From Vicinamibacterales bacterium (GTDB taxonomy: Bacteria; Acidobacteriota; Vicinamibacteria; Vicinamibacterales; UBA8438): 64,000 nucleotides of DNA. The notes under the pieces are model-generated. The model saw only the letters and a program-made list of their open reading frames with translations, ran no database searches and had not been told where the DNA came from. The stretch covers positions 1,530,384-1,594,383 of the forward strand of contig OZ220718.1 in assembly GCA_965116765.1 (NCBI GenBank). The letters are read 5' to 3'. Made by a program: the position numbers and the translations under genes. Shown piece by piece: positions 8,797 through 16,882 of the stretch. Position 1 is the first letter of the stretch. Each line of letters begins with the position of its first letter.

Positions 8797-10032
8797 ATGC
8801 GTGCCTATCTGGCCGTGTCCGTTCTCGTGCTCCTCGTCGGCGTCGGCGAGACCGCGGCTGCGCAGTCGGGGCGGCTCGACTATCCGCAGTGGCGCGGGCG
8901 CGACCGCGACGGGGCCGCGAGCGGCTTCGTCGAGCCGTCTGCCTGGCCCGCCGAGCTGACGCGACGGTGGACCGCAACCGTCGGCCAGGGCTACGCCACG
9001 CCGATCGTCGTCGGCCACCGTGTCTTCATGTTCACGCGCCGGAACGGCGATGAGGTGATGACGTCGTTGAACGCCGAGACCGGCAGCGTCCTCTGGCGAA
9101 CGACGTACGCGGCGCCGTACGACATGTTCGCGGCCACCGCGAACCACGGTCCGGGACCCAAGGCCACTCCCCTGTTCGTCGACGGCACGCTGTTCACGCT
9201 CGGCATGAGCGGCGTCGTCTCGGCCTTCGACGCCGCGAACGGCCGCCTCCTCTGGCAGACCCCGGGGCCGGCCGAGCAGCCCTTCTACGGCACCGCTTCG
9301 TCACCAGCCGCCGACGGCGGCCTCGTCTTCGTCCACACCGGCAACTACGACGCGTTGACCGCGTTCGACGGGGATACCGGCGCGGTCGTCTGGAGCACCG
9401 CGGGCACGTTCACGTACAGCTCGCCGCTCGTCGTCGAGGTGGACGGCGTTCGCCAGGTGGTCTCCGTGTCGCAGGATCACGTGGTCGGCCTGTCGGCGCG
9501 GGACGGCGTCGTGCTCTGGGTCCATCCGTTCTCGTCGCCGTACACGCATGCGATCACCCCGATCGCGCACGCCGGGAGAATCGTCATCGGCGCCCAGAAC
9601 ATGGGAATCCGGGCTCTGCGGCCCCGCCGTCGGGAGGCCGAATGGGTCGTCGAGACCGAATGGCGGAACGACGACGTCTCGCCCGGGATGACCAATCCCG
9701 TCGTGGTCGCCGACACCCTGTTCGGGCTGTCCGAGCGCAGGCGGGGGCAGTTCTTCGCCCTCGACGCGAACACCGGGGCGACGCTGTGGCTGGGGCCGCC
9801 GCGTCAGGCCGAGAACACCGCCGTCGTCAAGACGGAGCGACTCCTGTTCCTGCTCGACGACGACGCCGAGCTGATCGTGGCGCCGGCCGGCCGCACCGAC
9901 TTCGAGCCGGTCGCACGCTACGTCGTCGCCGACGGTCCGACGTGGGCCCAACCGGCCATCTCCGGCGACCGGATCTTCGTCAAGGACGTCGACACGCTGA
10001 CCCTTTGGACGTTGACGCCGTCTGCGCCCTGA
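8797..10032 (+). CDS. PQQ-like (BamB-like) beta-propeller repeat protein, secreted
   Basis: The ATG at 8797 is followed by a signal peptide (MRAYLAVSVLVLLVGVGETAAAQ). The motif 'A.D..TG...W' recurs along the protein. The 5' extension in the ORF track is rejected. Confidence 0.85.
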   Translation: MRAYLAVSVLVLLVGVGETAAAQSGRLDYPQWRGRDRDGAASGFVEPSAWPAELTRRWTATVGQGYATPIVVGHRVFMFTRRNGDEVMTSLNAETGSVLWRTTYAAPYDMFAATANHGPGPKATPLFVDGTLFTLGMSGVVSAFDAANGRLLWQTPGPAEQPFYGTASSPAADGGLVFVHTGNYDALTAFDGDTGAVVWSTAGTFTYSSPLVVEVDGVRQVVSVSQDHVVGLSARDGVVLWVHPFSSPYTHAITPIAHAGRIVIGAQNMGIRALRPRRREAEWVVETEWRNDDVSPGMTNPVVVADTLFGLSERRRGQFFALDANTGATLWLGPPRQAENTAVVKTERLLFLLDDDAELIVAPAGRTDFEPVARYVVADGPTWAQPAISGDRIFVKDVDTLTLWTLTPSAP

Positions 10033-10183
10033 CCTCCGGAAACCGCCCGGCCAACGCCACTCGGGGATCGCGGACCCGGCATCCCGCCGGGGAAACAGGA
10101 CCCCGCGACGGACGGCGATCGAGGGTCAGTCGGCCTTCGACGCGATCCCTTGTCTCATCAGAGCCCCCCCGTGGGCCACCACG

Positions 10184-10663
10184 TCAGTCCGTCGTGAAGC
10201 CGAGCACGGCCACGAGGTGCAGCCCGTAGCCGACGAAGCGCGCCCCGACCCGAAGCCCGAACTTCCGGTTTCCCGCCGCCTGCACGCCGTACAGGATGTC
10301 GGCGTACGGGAGGAACACGAACCGAACAGGGGCGTCGCTGCTGTCGACGAAACCCGGCCCCGCCGCCAAGTGGAGGGAGCGGCCGCGCCGCAGCCGGCGC
10401 TGATACCGGACCGCCGGGTTGAACAGCAGCCCGCCGTCGGTCTCCGACTCGCCCACCAAGCCGGGGAACGAGGTCCAGGCGCCCAGCCCCCAGCGCTTCG
10501 TCAACCACGCCGTGGCCCCCACGTCGAAGCTGTAGACCTTCTCGTCGACGACGAACCCTCCCCCGCCGAAGAACACGTCCGCCCTGATGCCGCCATCCTG
10601 CGCGCCGGCCGTGGCGGCGATGAGCGTGAGCACCGCAACGCCGACGGCGATTCCGTATCTCAT
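10184..10663 (-). CDS. Small secreted beta-rich (outer-membrane-barrel-like) hypothetical protein
   Basis: 159 aa with GGAGG upstream and a signal peptide ending AGAQ. The sequence shows an alternating hydrophobic pattern. It is related to the genes at 39170-39749 and 63440-63684. Confidence 0.65.
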   Translation of the reverse strand: MRYGIAVGVAVLTLIAATAGAQDGGIRADVFFGGGGFVVDEKVYSFDVGATAWLTKRWGLGAWTSFPGLVGESETDGGLLFNPAVRYQRRLRRGRSLHLAAGPGFVDSSDAPVRFVFLPYADILYGVQAAGNRKFGLRVGARFVGYGLHLVAVLGFTTD

Positions 10664-10771
10664 CGACTCACCTCCTTGCCGAGCGGACCCTGCCGCGGCT
10701 CGGGACCCGGCGGGACACCTCGACTGGAAGTGCGCGAGCGGGGCGCGGAACGACTCGTGGCAGCATCGACG

Positions 10772-11476
10772 TCATTGCTGCGCCTCTCGCAGCGAGTAGG
10801 GCCCCCGGCCGCTGGGGCGGCGCTGCCGCCCACGTTCCGCGAGGTGGCGTGGCGGCGAGACCTCAAAGAACGGTCGAACGCTGAGGTTGCCGAGCGCCTG
10901 CGCATCTCCCAACAGAACGTCTCCGTCCGGCTGCACCGGGCGTCTCGGCTGCTGCGATCTCGACTGGCCGAATCGCCCAAGCCCCAAGAAGTTGTCGATG
11001 GGCGGCGCGAGAGTGACGTGCACGCGAGAGGGATACCGGTACGCCCGGCCGGTCACCAGGTCCACGATGATCGGTAGGAGCGACGTAAAGACGCCCGGTA
11101 TCATCTTGGGTCTCAGGTCGCACTCGTCGCACAGCCGGTGCCCCAAGCCGAACCCGAGAAATCCGGTCAGAAGACTCGCCGGGATGTCCGCCCACAACCA
11201 CGGGCTGGCCTCTCGCGAGAGTCGCACGCGCTGCGCCAGAGGGCCGGACTCAAGGCCGATCGAGCCGGCGTCCGAGCGTACCGACGTCGGGGTCGTTCCG
11301 ACCCGATCCCCATCAACGAAGACCTCGGCTCCCGACGGCGTCGACGCTACCAGGATCCGCCTGGGGCTCCTGTCGAACATGGTCGCACAGCCCGTCGCTG
11401 CCACCACGGCAGCGGCGACAGACGCATTCCTGAGCAATCGGAGGGAGGGCACTCTGCATCTCCTCTTCATCCACAA
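10772..11476 (-). CDS. PEGA-domain lipoprotein
   Basis: It has a lipobox VAATGC and a PEGA-like segment ILVASTPSGAEVFVDGDRVGTTP. The last ~70 codons overlap a sigma-factor fragment on the other strand and may be read-through. Confidence 0.65.
   Translation of the reverse strand: MWMKRRCRVPSLRLLRNASVAAAVVAATGCATMFDRSPRRILVASTPSGAEVFVDGDRVGTTPTSVRSDAGSIGLESGPLAQRVRLSREASPWLWADIPASLLTGFLGFGLGHRLCDECDLRPKMIPGVFTSLLPIIVDLVTGRAYRYPSRVHVTLAPPIDNFLGLGRFGQSRSQQPRRPVQPDGDVLLGDAQALGNLSVRPFFEVSPPRHLAERGRQRRPSGRGPYSLREAQQ
10820..10975 (+). pseudogene. Orphan fragment of an ECF sigma factor (region 4 only)
   Basis: REVAWRRDLKERSNAEVAERLRISQQNVSVRLHRASRLLRSRL matches a sigma-70 region-4 HTH. No region 2 lies upstream. 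Confidence 0.35.
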
Positions 11477-11504
11477 GAGAGCCGGATAGCGATTCCATTG
11501 CGGA

Positions 11505-12041
11505 TTAAAAGCCCAACCAGACGGCTACGCCCTGGCGGCTCGGCATCAGCAGCGGCGCGACGCGCCAGGTTCGCCGGGGCGTGTCCGGCCAGCGCGCCTC
11601 CGTCTGATGAGCACGATCCACGGCCGCGCCGATCGCGCCGCCTGCGGCCCCGTAGAGAGCCCCCACGAGACCGAAGAAGGGGTGGGGTGCGCAGTCCCTC
11701 GTGGTGGTGCAGATTTGGAACACCAGCCCCCCGAAGATGGCCGCGCCGCCCGCGAACCCGCGCCAGAAACCGTCGACGGTGGAGTCGTTCACGCCGTAGC
11801 GCACCGTCAGGACATCGTCCCTGCCCAGATCGAGCTGACGACCCTGGATGCGCACGGACAGCATCCCGGGCGTCAACCCGACCACCTGCGCCTCACGGAC
11901 GAGGCCGTCGCCGGTCCAGGCGAACCGGATGTCGTCTCCGGGCTCGATCACTCCGATGAGCTGTTCGAAGTCGTCCGTGCCCTGCGCCGCGGCGGGCGCT
12001 GCCAGGAACACGAGTAGAATCCAAGCCGCCGATCTCGTCAT
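11505..12041 (-). CDS. Secreted hypothetical protein
   Basis: The ATG at 12039-12041 is preceded by GAGGAGG. The signal peptide is MTRSAAWILLVFLAAPAAAQG and the C-terminus is Gly-rich and hydrophobic. 178 aa. Confidence 0.6.
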   Translation of the reverse strand: MTRSAAWILLVFLAAPAAAQGTDDFEQLIGVIEPGDDIRFAWTGDGLVREAQVVGLTPGMLSVRIQGRQLDLGRDDVLTVRYGVNDSTVDGFWRGFAGGAAIFGGLVFQICTTTRDCAPHPFFGLVGALYGAAGGAIGAAVDRAHQTEARWPDTPRRTWRVAPLLMPSRQGVAVWLGF

Positions 12042-12411
12042 CTCGCACCTCCTCTGTCCGGGAGTGCGCGAGCGGCGGCGGGAAGGGCTCACGGGCGAGT
12101 CGATGCAGGCGACCTGCACGGTGCTGGGGAAGACGGCGTGGCGGGAGAACGAAGACCCGCCCGCAGGCCGAGACGACCCGGCGTCCTGATCGTGTTCCGC
12201 GAACGACGAAGTGACATCGGCCGGCGACCTCCTCACCTAGCCTGTCGTCGGGCAGTCAGTGGTCGCACGGTTCTGGCTCCTGACCGTCGCCTTGTGCGCG
12301 GCCGCGTTTCTGGTCCACAAGCAGTTCTCGTCGAGTCGAGGGGAATGCACTCCGTGCTGATCTCCGTCAGGCGACAGACCACCCGAGGCCGCAATTCCTC
12401 AGGGACGCCCC

Positions 12412-12600
12412 ATGAGGCCGCACTGGCTCGGAATCGCCTCGGCCTCCTGCGCCGTCGCGTTCGGCGGATGCAGCCCGGGGAAGGTGGTGCGGTGCGGGTT
12501 GCCGGATCTGCTGACCCCCGACCCGGGGCCGCAGCCCGCCGACACGACGACCGTCGCGGGGGCGACCGAAACGGCGCCCGTGTACCCTGCAACTCTCTGA
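12412..12600 (+). CDS. Small putative lipoprotein (62 aa)
   Basis: It has a signal peptide with a lipobox-like AFGGC and very high third-position GC. The ribosome-binding site is weak. Confidence 0.4.
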   Translation: MRPHWLGIASASCAVAFGGCSPGKVVRCGLPDLLTPDPGPQPADTTTVAGATETAPVYPATL

Positions 12601-12777
12601 CCGTGATGGTCCACCGGCGATGCATGCAGCAGACGCCGACCATTCGGGAGCAGGTGCCCCCTCGCCAACGAGGTCGCGGCCCATACCGTGTCCGGGTTGC
12701 CTGGTAACGCCCGCCTGTGGTAGTCTGCATCCAATCCGCGATTGCGGAGGGGGATGGCCTGCATGGGCCAGCGTGGA

Positions 12778-12802
12778 GGGAGCCGACCTCGGTCGGCTTT
12801 TT
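12778..12802 (+). terminator. Hairpin plus T-run (rho-independent-like)
   Basis: In gggAGCCGACCtcGGTCGGCTtttt the stem is followed by TTTTT on the plus strand only. Confidence 0.4.
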
Positions 12803-12807
12803 CCATT

Positions 12808-13614
12808 TCAGGTGAGCAAGATCCTCCCGTATCCGCGGATCGTGCCCTTGTAGCGCTGACGGTAGTACTTTGCTCTCGCGACGTCGATAATCCGGGCCGC
12901 GAAGTCGCCATCCATCGAGTTGACTCGCCCCCGATCCAATAGCACATCCCGCATCACCGGGTGCGCGAGAATATCGGCGACCTGAAGGCCCGCGACGTTG
13001 AGATTCTTGGGCTTGATCTTGAGTTCCCTTGACGTCAGCGTCTTCTTCGTCATGCTGTTCGACAGATAAGGTGTGCCACTCGCCCAGATAGACCGGAATT
13101 CCTTCTGGAGCGTCATGTCCTCTGTCTTACCCCTGGCCTCGACCAGAACATCGCCGACTGCACCAAGAAACTCAAGAAGGCCGCAGTACTTCTCAAGCAT
13201 GGCAGCGAGACAGTAATGGTAGGCATGGGTCAAGTATCGGTATTCCTTGCTACCGTGACTGAACTTGTCGATGACGACACCGAAGATGGTGATGGGAGCA
13301 GTGTTGACGAGTTCGATCAGGTCGCCGTCGAACGCGGTGCGGATAGCATCATCATTGAGAACGTGGTATGGTCCGCGCCGGCGCAAAATGTCCTTGCGGT
13401 GCAGGATTGGCGGAGCATCGGGGTCGTACGGAAGGTGTGTTCGCTTGACGTCCTCCACTGAAGCCTGTAGGCGAGTGTAGGTTTCGCCCATTCGCACCAT
13501 CACTCCCAGAAGGCACAAGTAGCGGCGACCCACGGGATCGGATTCTGACATCGACCGGGTATGGTCGCCGGTCTCATCGACATACAGCCGGAAGCGATTG
13601 GGTGGCGCTGGCAT
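12808..13614 (-). CDS. DUF3800-family protein
   Basis: 268 aa with the N-terminal hallmark LYVDETGD. GC content is visibly lower than in the neighbouring genes. Confidence 0.8.
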   Translation of the reverse strand: MPAPPNRFRLYVDETGDHTRSMSESDPVGRRYLCLLGVMVRMGETYTRLQASVEDVKRTHLPYDPDAPPILHRKDILRRRGPYHVLNDDAIRTAFDGDLIELVNTAPITIFGVVIDKFSHGSKEYRYLTHAYHYCLAAMLEKYCGLLEFLGAVGDVLVEARGKTEDMTLQKEFRSIWASGTPYLSNSMTKKTLTSRELKIKPKNLNVAGLQVADILAHPVMRDVLLDRGRVNSMDGDFAARIIDVARAKYYRQRYKGTIRGYGRILLT

Positions 13615-13700
13615 CGATGCGCCGAACTATACTGTCTTGACCTCGTGGTACTGAACAGCGACGAGAAACGTCGAGTCCACCTCCAGCAGTTCGAACTCAC

Positions 13701-15452
13701 CTACTCCCGGTCCGGCAAAGCAAACACGAACAGATTGTTCCCCGCGCTCGGGGTCAGCTCCGGCGTCAGGCCCGACCGCCGCGCGCTCGTGCTGGCCACC
13801 ACGTACTGCCGGCCGTCGACTGCGTAGGTGATCGGGAAGCCGCTGACCGCCGACCCCAGGTTGATCTCCCACAGCACCTCGCCCGTTTCGTGGTCGAACG
13901 CCCGGAAGCGGCCGTTGCCGTCGCCGCCGAAGACGAGCCCGCCGCCGGTGGCGACGAGGGCGTAGGTGGAGGCCCGTTGCTCGTGCAGCCAGGTGGTCGC
14001 GCCGGTCGCGGCGTCGATGGCCCACACGCTGCCGAGGTCGTCCGTGCCCGGCGCGAGCTGGAAGCGGGCGGCGAGACGGTAGATGGCGAGCCCGCCCTCC
14101 ATCGTCGACAGCACCCGCGCGCAGGTGTTCTGCATCGGGAAGTACATGGTGTTGGTGAGCGGGCTGTAGGCGCCGGCCGGCCAGTTCTTGCCGCCGCCCC
14201 AGGACGGGCACGACAGCACCTCCTGGCCGAGGTCGGTGAAGACGAGCTCCGAGTTCTCGGTGACCGCGCCGGTGGCGCCGTCGATGTCGCTGATGACGTT
14301 CTGCGTGATGGTCGGCGTCGCCCACAGGAACTCGCCGGTCTCGCGGTCGAGGGTGTACACCACGCCGGTCTTGCCGGGAATGCCGGTCATGACCCGGCGC
14401 TCCTCGCCGGAGCGGAGGCGCGGGTTGATCCAGGCGACCGCGTCGGGGTCGGGCGCGACCGCGGTGTCGACGAGGAGGCGCTCGTAGGGGTGGTCGAGGT
14501 CCCAGTGGTCGTTGAGGTGCTGGTAGTACCAGCGGATGGCCCCCGTCTCGCCGTCGAGGGCAAGGGTCGAGTTGTGGTAGAGGTGACGGTTGTCGACGCC
14601 GCCGAGCATGAACTTCGGGGCGGGCGACGTGACGGAGGTGCCGACGTAGACGAGGTCGAGCTCGGGGTCGTAGCTCGGAACCATCCACGAGCCGACGTGC
14701 ATGCGCTCCTCGTACGGCACCCCGCCCCAGGTCTCGTCGCCCGGCTCGCCCGGCGCCGGCACGAGGCCCGTCCGCCAAAGCTCCTCGCCGGTGGCGGCGT
14801 CGTGGGCGACGATGACGCACGAGACCGGGCCCGCCCGCGGGCGGCAGCTCCGCCCCGAGTAGATCCTGCCCCCGCCGACGATGGGGCCGGAGGAATGCCG
14901 GGCGGGGTGCACCTGGTAGTCGAATATCTGCGTCTCCCACACCAGCTCGCCGCTCTCGGCGTCGAGGGCGTAGACGTAGTCGTCGTTGCTGGTGTCGAGG
15001 ATCAGGTTGCCGTAGATGGCGACGTTCCGGTTGTTGTCGGTGAGGCCGCCCATGATCTCGGGGACGTCCTCGGGGATGTCGCGCCGGTACTCCCAGAGCA
15101 GGTCGCCGGTCACCGCGTCGATGGCCTGCAGGTGGTCCCGCGGGTTCGGCATGTAGAGGACGCCGCCGTAGGCCAGCGGGGTCCCCTCCTGCGCGCCCTC
15201 GGCCAGGGCCCGGGTCCACACCAGCCGCAGGTCGCCGACGTTGTCGCGGTTCACCTGGTCGAGCGGGCTGTAGCCCCAGCCGTTCTGCGTGCGGCGCCAC
15301 ATGAGCCAGTCGCCCGGCGCCGGGTCCTCGAGCATGGCGTCGGTGACGGGCACGAAATCGGCATCCTCGCCGGACTGCGCCGCCGCCGCGAGCGGCGCGA
15401 GCAGCACGAAGGCAAGCATCGAAAGAGAGAATCCAAGACGTCGTCGGAACAT
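13701..15452 (-). CDS. Secreted PQQ-dependent dehydrogenase-like 8-bladed propeller (paralogue 1)
   Basis: The ATG at 15450-15452 gives the signal peptide MFRRRLGFSLSMLAFVLLAPLAAAAQ. Family motifs are W..YSPLDQ, repeated A.D..TGE..W, and WDLDHP. The 942-aa ORF in the track is an artefactual 5' extension. Confidence 0.9.
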   Translation of the reverse strand: MFRRRLGFSLSMLAFVLLAPLAAAAQSGEDADFVPVTDAMLEDPAPGDWLMWRRTQNGWGYSPLDQVNRDNVGDLRLVWTRALAEGAQEGTPLAYGGVLYMPNPRDHLQAIDAVTGDLLWEYRRDIPEDVPEIMGGLTDNNRNVAIYGNLILDTSNDDYVYALDAESGELVWETQIFDYQVHPARHSSGPIVGGGRIYSGRSCRPRAGPVSCVIVAHDAATGEELWRTGLVPAPGEPGDETWGGVPYEERMHVGSWMVPSYDPELDLVYVGTSVTSPAPKFMLGGVDNRHLYHNSTLALDGETGAIRWYYQHLNDHWDLDHPYERLLVDTAVAPDPDAVAWINPRLRSGEERRVMTGIPGKTGVVYTLDRETGEFLWATPTITQNVISDIDGATGAVTENSELVFTDLGQEVLSCPSWGGGKNWPAGAYSPLTNTMYFPMQNTCARVLSTMEGGLAIYRLAARFQLAPGTDDLGSVWAIDAATGATTWLHEQRASTYALVATGGGLVFGGDGNGRFRAFDHETGEVLWEINLGSAVSGFPITYAVDGRQYVVASTSARRSGLTPELTPSAGNNLFVFALPDRE

Positions 15453-15481
15453 CGCACGCTCCTCGAGAAACAGAGTCCGCC

Positions 15482-16816
15482 TCAATAGCGGACAATTCCG
15501 CTCCAGAACATCGACTCCCCGCGCGTGTCGATCGGCAGAGTGAACTTGAACGCCAGCCGGCCGTCCGCCTCGATGTCGTACAGCGTCAGCGTGGCCGGCA
15601 CGGTCTGGAGGCGCCCCCCGGCGCGGACCTGCCCCGGCTCCGGGCTCGAGGCGACCATCGACCGGCCGTCCGGCTGGAACGCCATGTTTCTCACGGCGAT
15701 GCTGCGGGTGTCGATGGTCTGCACCAGGGTCGGCTCGCCGGTGGCGGCATCGACGGCGAACACCGAGATGGTGTTCTCGGTGCCGTTCGCCACCGTCTCG
15801 CCCCGGAAGGTCTCCGTTCCGCGGCCCCGGTTCGCCACGTACAGCGTGCGGCCGTTGGTCGGGTGCATGCGGATGGACGACGTCGTCTGCCCGCCGCGAT
15901 AGGCCTCCGGCGCAGCCAGCGTGGTGCTGACGAACACGGGCTCCTCCGACAGCGTGTCGTCGGCCCGGATGGCGTAGGTATGCAGCAGGTTCTGGGTCTC
16001 CAGATCGACGTAGACCCAGCGCCCCGACGGGTGGAAGTCGGCGTGCCGCGCGCGGTACGCGAGCCCCCCGTCGGGGGCCACCGTCTGCTTGTTGGTCAAC
16101 TGGCCGTTCTCGAAGCCGTACAGGAAGAGGCCGCCCGGATCCTCGGTGTGGACGCCGGGGTCGGGCTCGTTGCCGCGCGCCGGCAGCAGGACCGCGCGGT
16201 TCGAGGGCATGACGTACACCGCGTGCGCATAGTAGCCCGCGTCGAGGCTGGCCCGCTGCTCGACCATGTCGCCGATCGACCCGTCGGCGCCGAGCCGATG
16301 CACCGAGAGGGAGCTCGGGAAGCTGTAGGCCGACAGGACGTACTCGCCGCGCTGGTCGACGGTGATGAAGATGGGCCGGTGCGGCAGCTCCACCGCCCCG
16401 CCGTGCGGCTGGAGATCGCCCGACGAATCGACCCGGAACGCGTTCAGGTAGTGATGGCGCACGCGGGCCGTCGACGTGCGCTGGTCGCTGCTGGCGATGT
16501 AGAAGTAGCGGCCCGACGGATGCTGCCACCCCTCCTGCACCTGCGCGGGCAGGACCACCGGGCGCGGCTCGCGCACCAGGGCATCGCCGTCGCGGCGAAT
16601 CCGGTAGAGCCGGGCGCCCAGGCTGGCATACACGGCGCCGCGCGGCGGCGACTGCGATTGCGCGGCGGCGGTGCCGAGCGGAGCCGCGGCGGGCGTGCCG
16701 ACCGGGCCCGCGGCGGCCGCGCGGAGCGGGCTCGCGGCGCCGGTGCCGAGCGGACCCGCGGCGGCCCAGCCCGCGGTTCCCGCGAGCAACGTGTTGAACC
16801 GGCGTCGACTGACCAT
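15482..16816 (-). CDS. Lactonase-type 7-bladed beta-propeller (Pgl/YbhE-like) with Tat-like signal
   Basis: The ATG at 16814-16816 is preceded by GGGAGG. SRRRFNTLLAG is a twin-arginine motif. The body resembles the 6-phosphogluconolactonase-like family. The gene lies 30 nt upstream of the PQQ gene. Confidence 0.8.
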   Translation of the reverse strand: MVSRRRFNTLLAGTAGWAAAGPLGTGAASPLRAAAAGPVGTPAAAPLGTAAAQSQSPPRGAVYASLGARLYRIRRDGDALVREPRPVVLPAQVQEGWQHPSGRYFYIASSDQRTSTARVRHHYLNAFRVDSSGDLQPHGGAVELPHRPIFITVDQRGEYVLSAYSFPSSLSVHRLGADGSIGDMVEQRASLDAGYYAHAVYVMPSNRAVLLPARGNEPDPGVHTEDPGGLFLYGFENGQLTNKQTVAPDGGLAYRARHADFHPSGRWVYVDLETQNLLHTYAIRADDTLSEEPVFVSTTLAAPEAYRGGQTTSSIRMHPTNGRTLYVANRGRGTETFRGETVANGTENTISVFAVDAATGEPTLVQTIDTRSIAVRNMAFQPDGRSMVASSPEPGQVRAGGRLQTVPATLTLYDIEADGRLAFKFTLPIDTRGESMFWSGIVRY

Positions 16817-16882
16817 GTCACCTCCCGCGCCTCCCCAGGAGGCGCCTCGAGTCATAACGGCGGCCCGCGGCCGCCCGTTTCT

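Noticed and set aside
10772-10990. Treating the last ~70 codons of the PEGA lipoprotein ORF as certainly coding.
   Set aside because: They overlap, antisense, a sequence that reads as a sigma-70 region-4 HTH. Both frames share the GC-rich third position, so composition cannot decide between them. The feature was kept with reduced confidence.
13701-16529. The very long ORF-track versions of real genes (942 aa here; also 1124 aa at 46301-49675, 1023 aa at 28349-31420, 1035 aa at 25007-28114, 623 aa at 8161-10032).
   Set aside because: The N-terminal extensions are low-complexity and overlap neighbouring genes. Internal ATGs preceded by GGAGG and followed by signal peptides give family-typical lengths.
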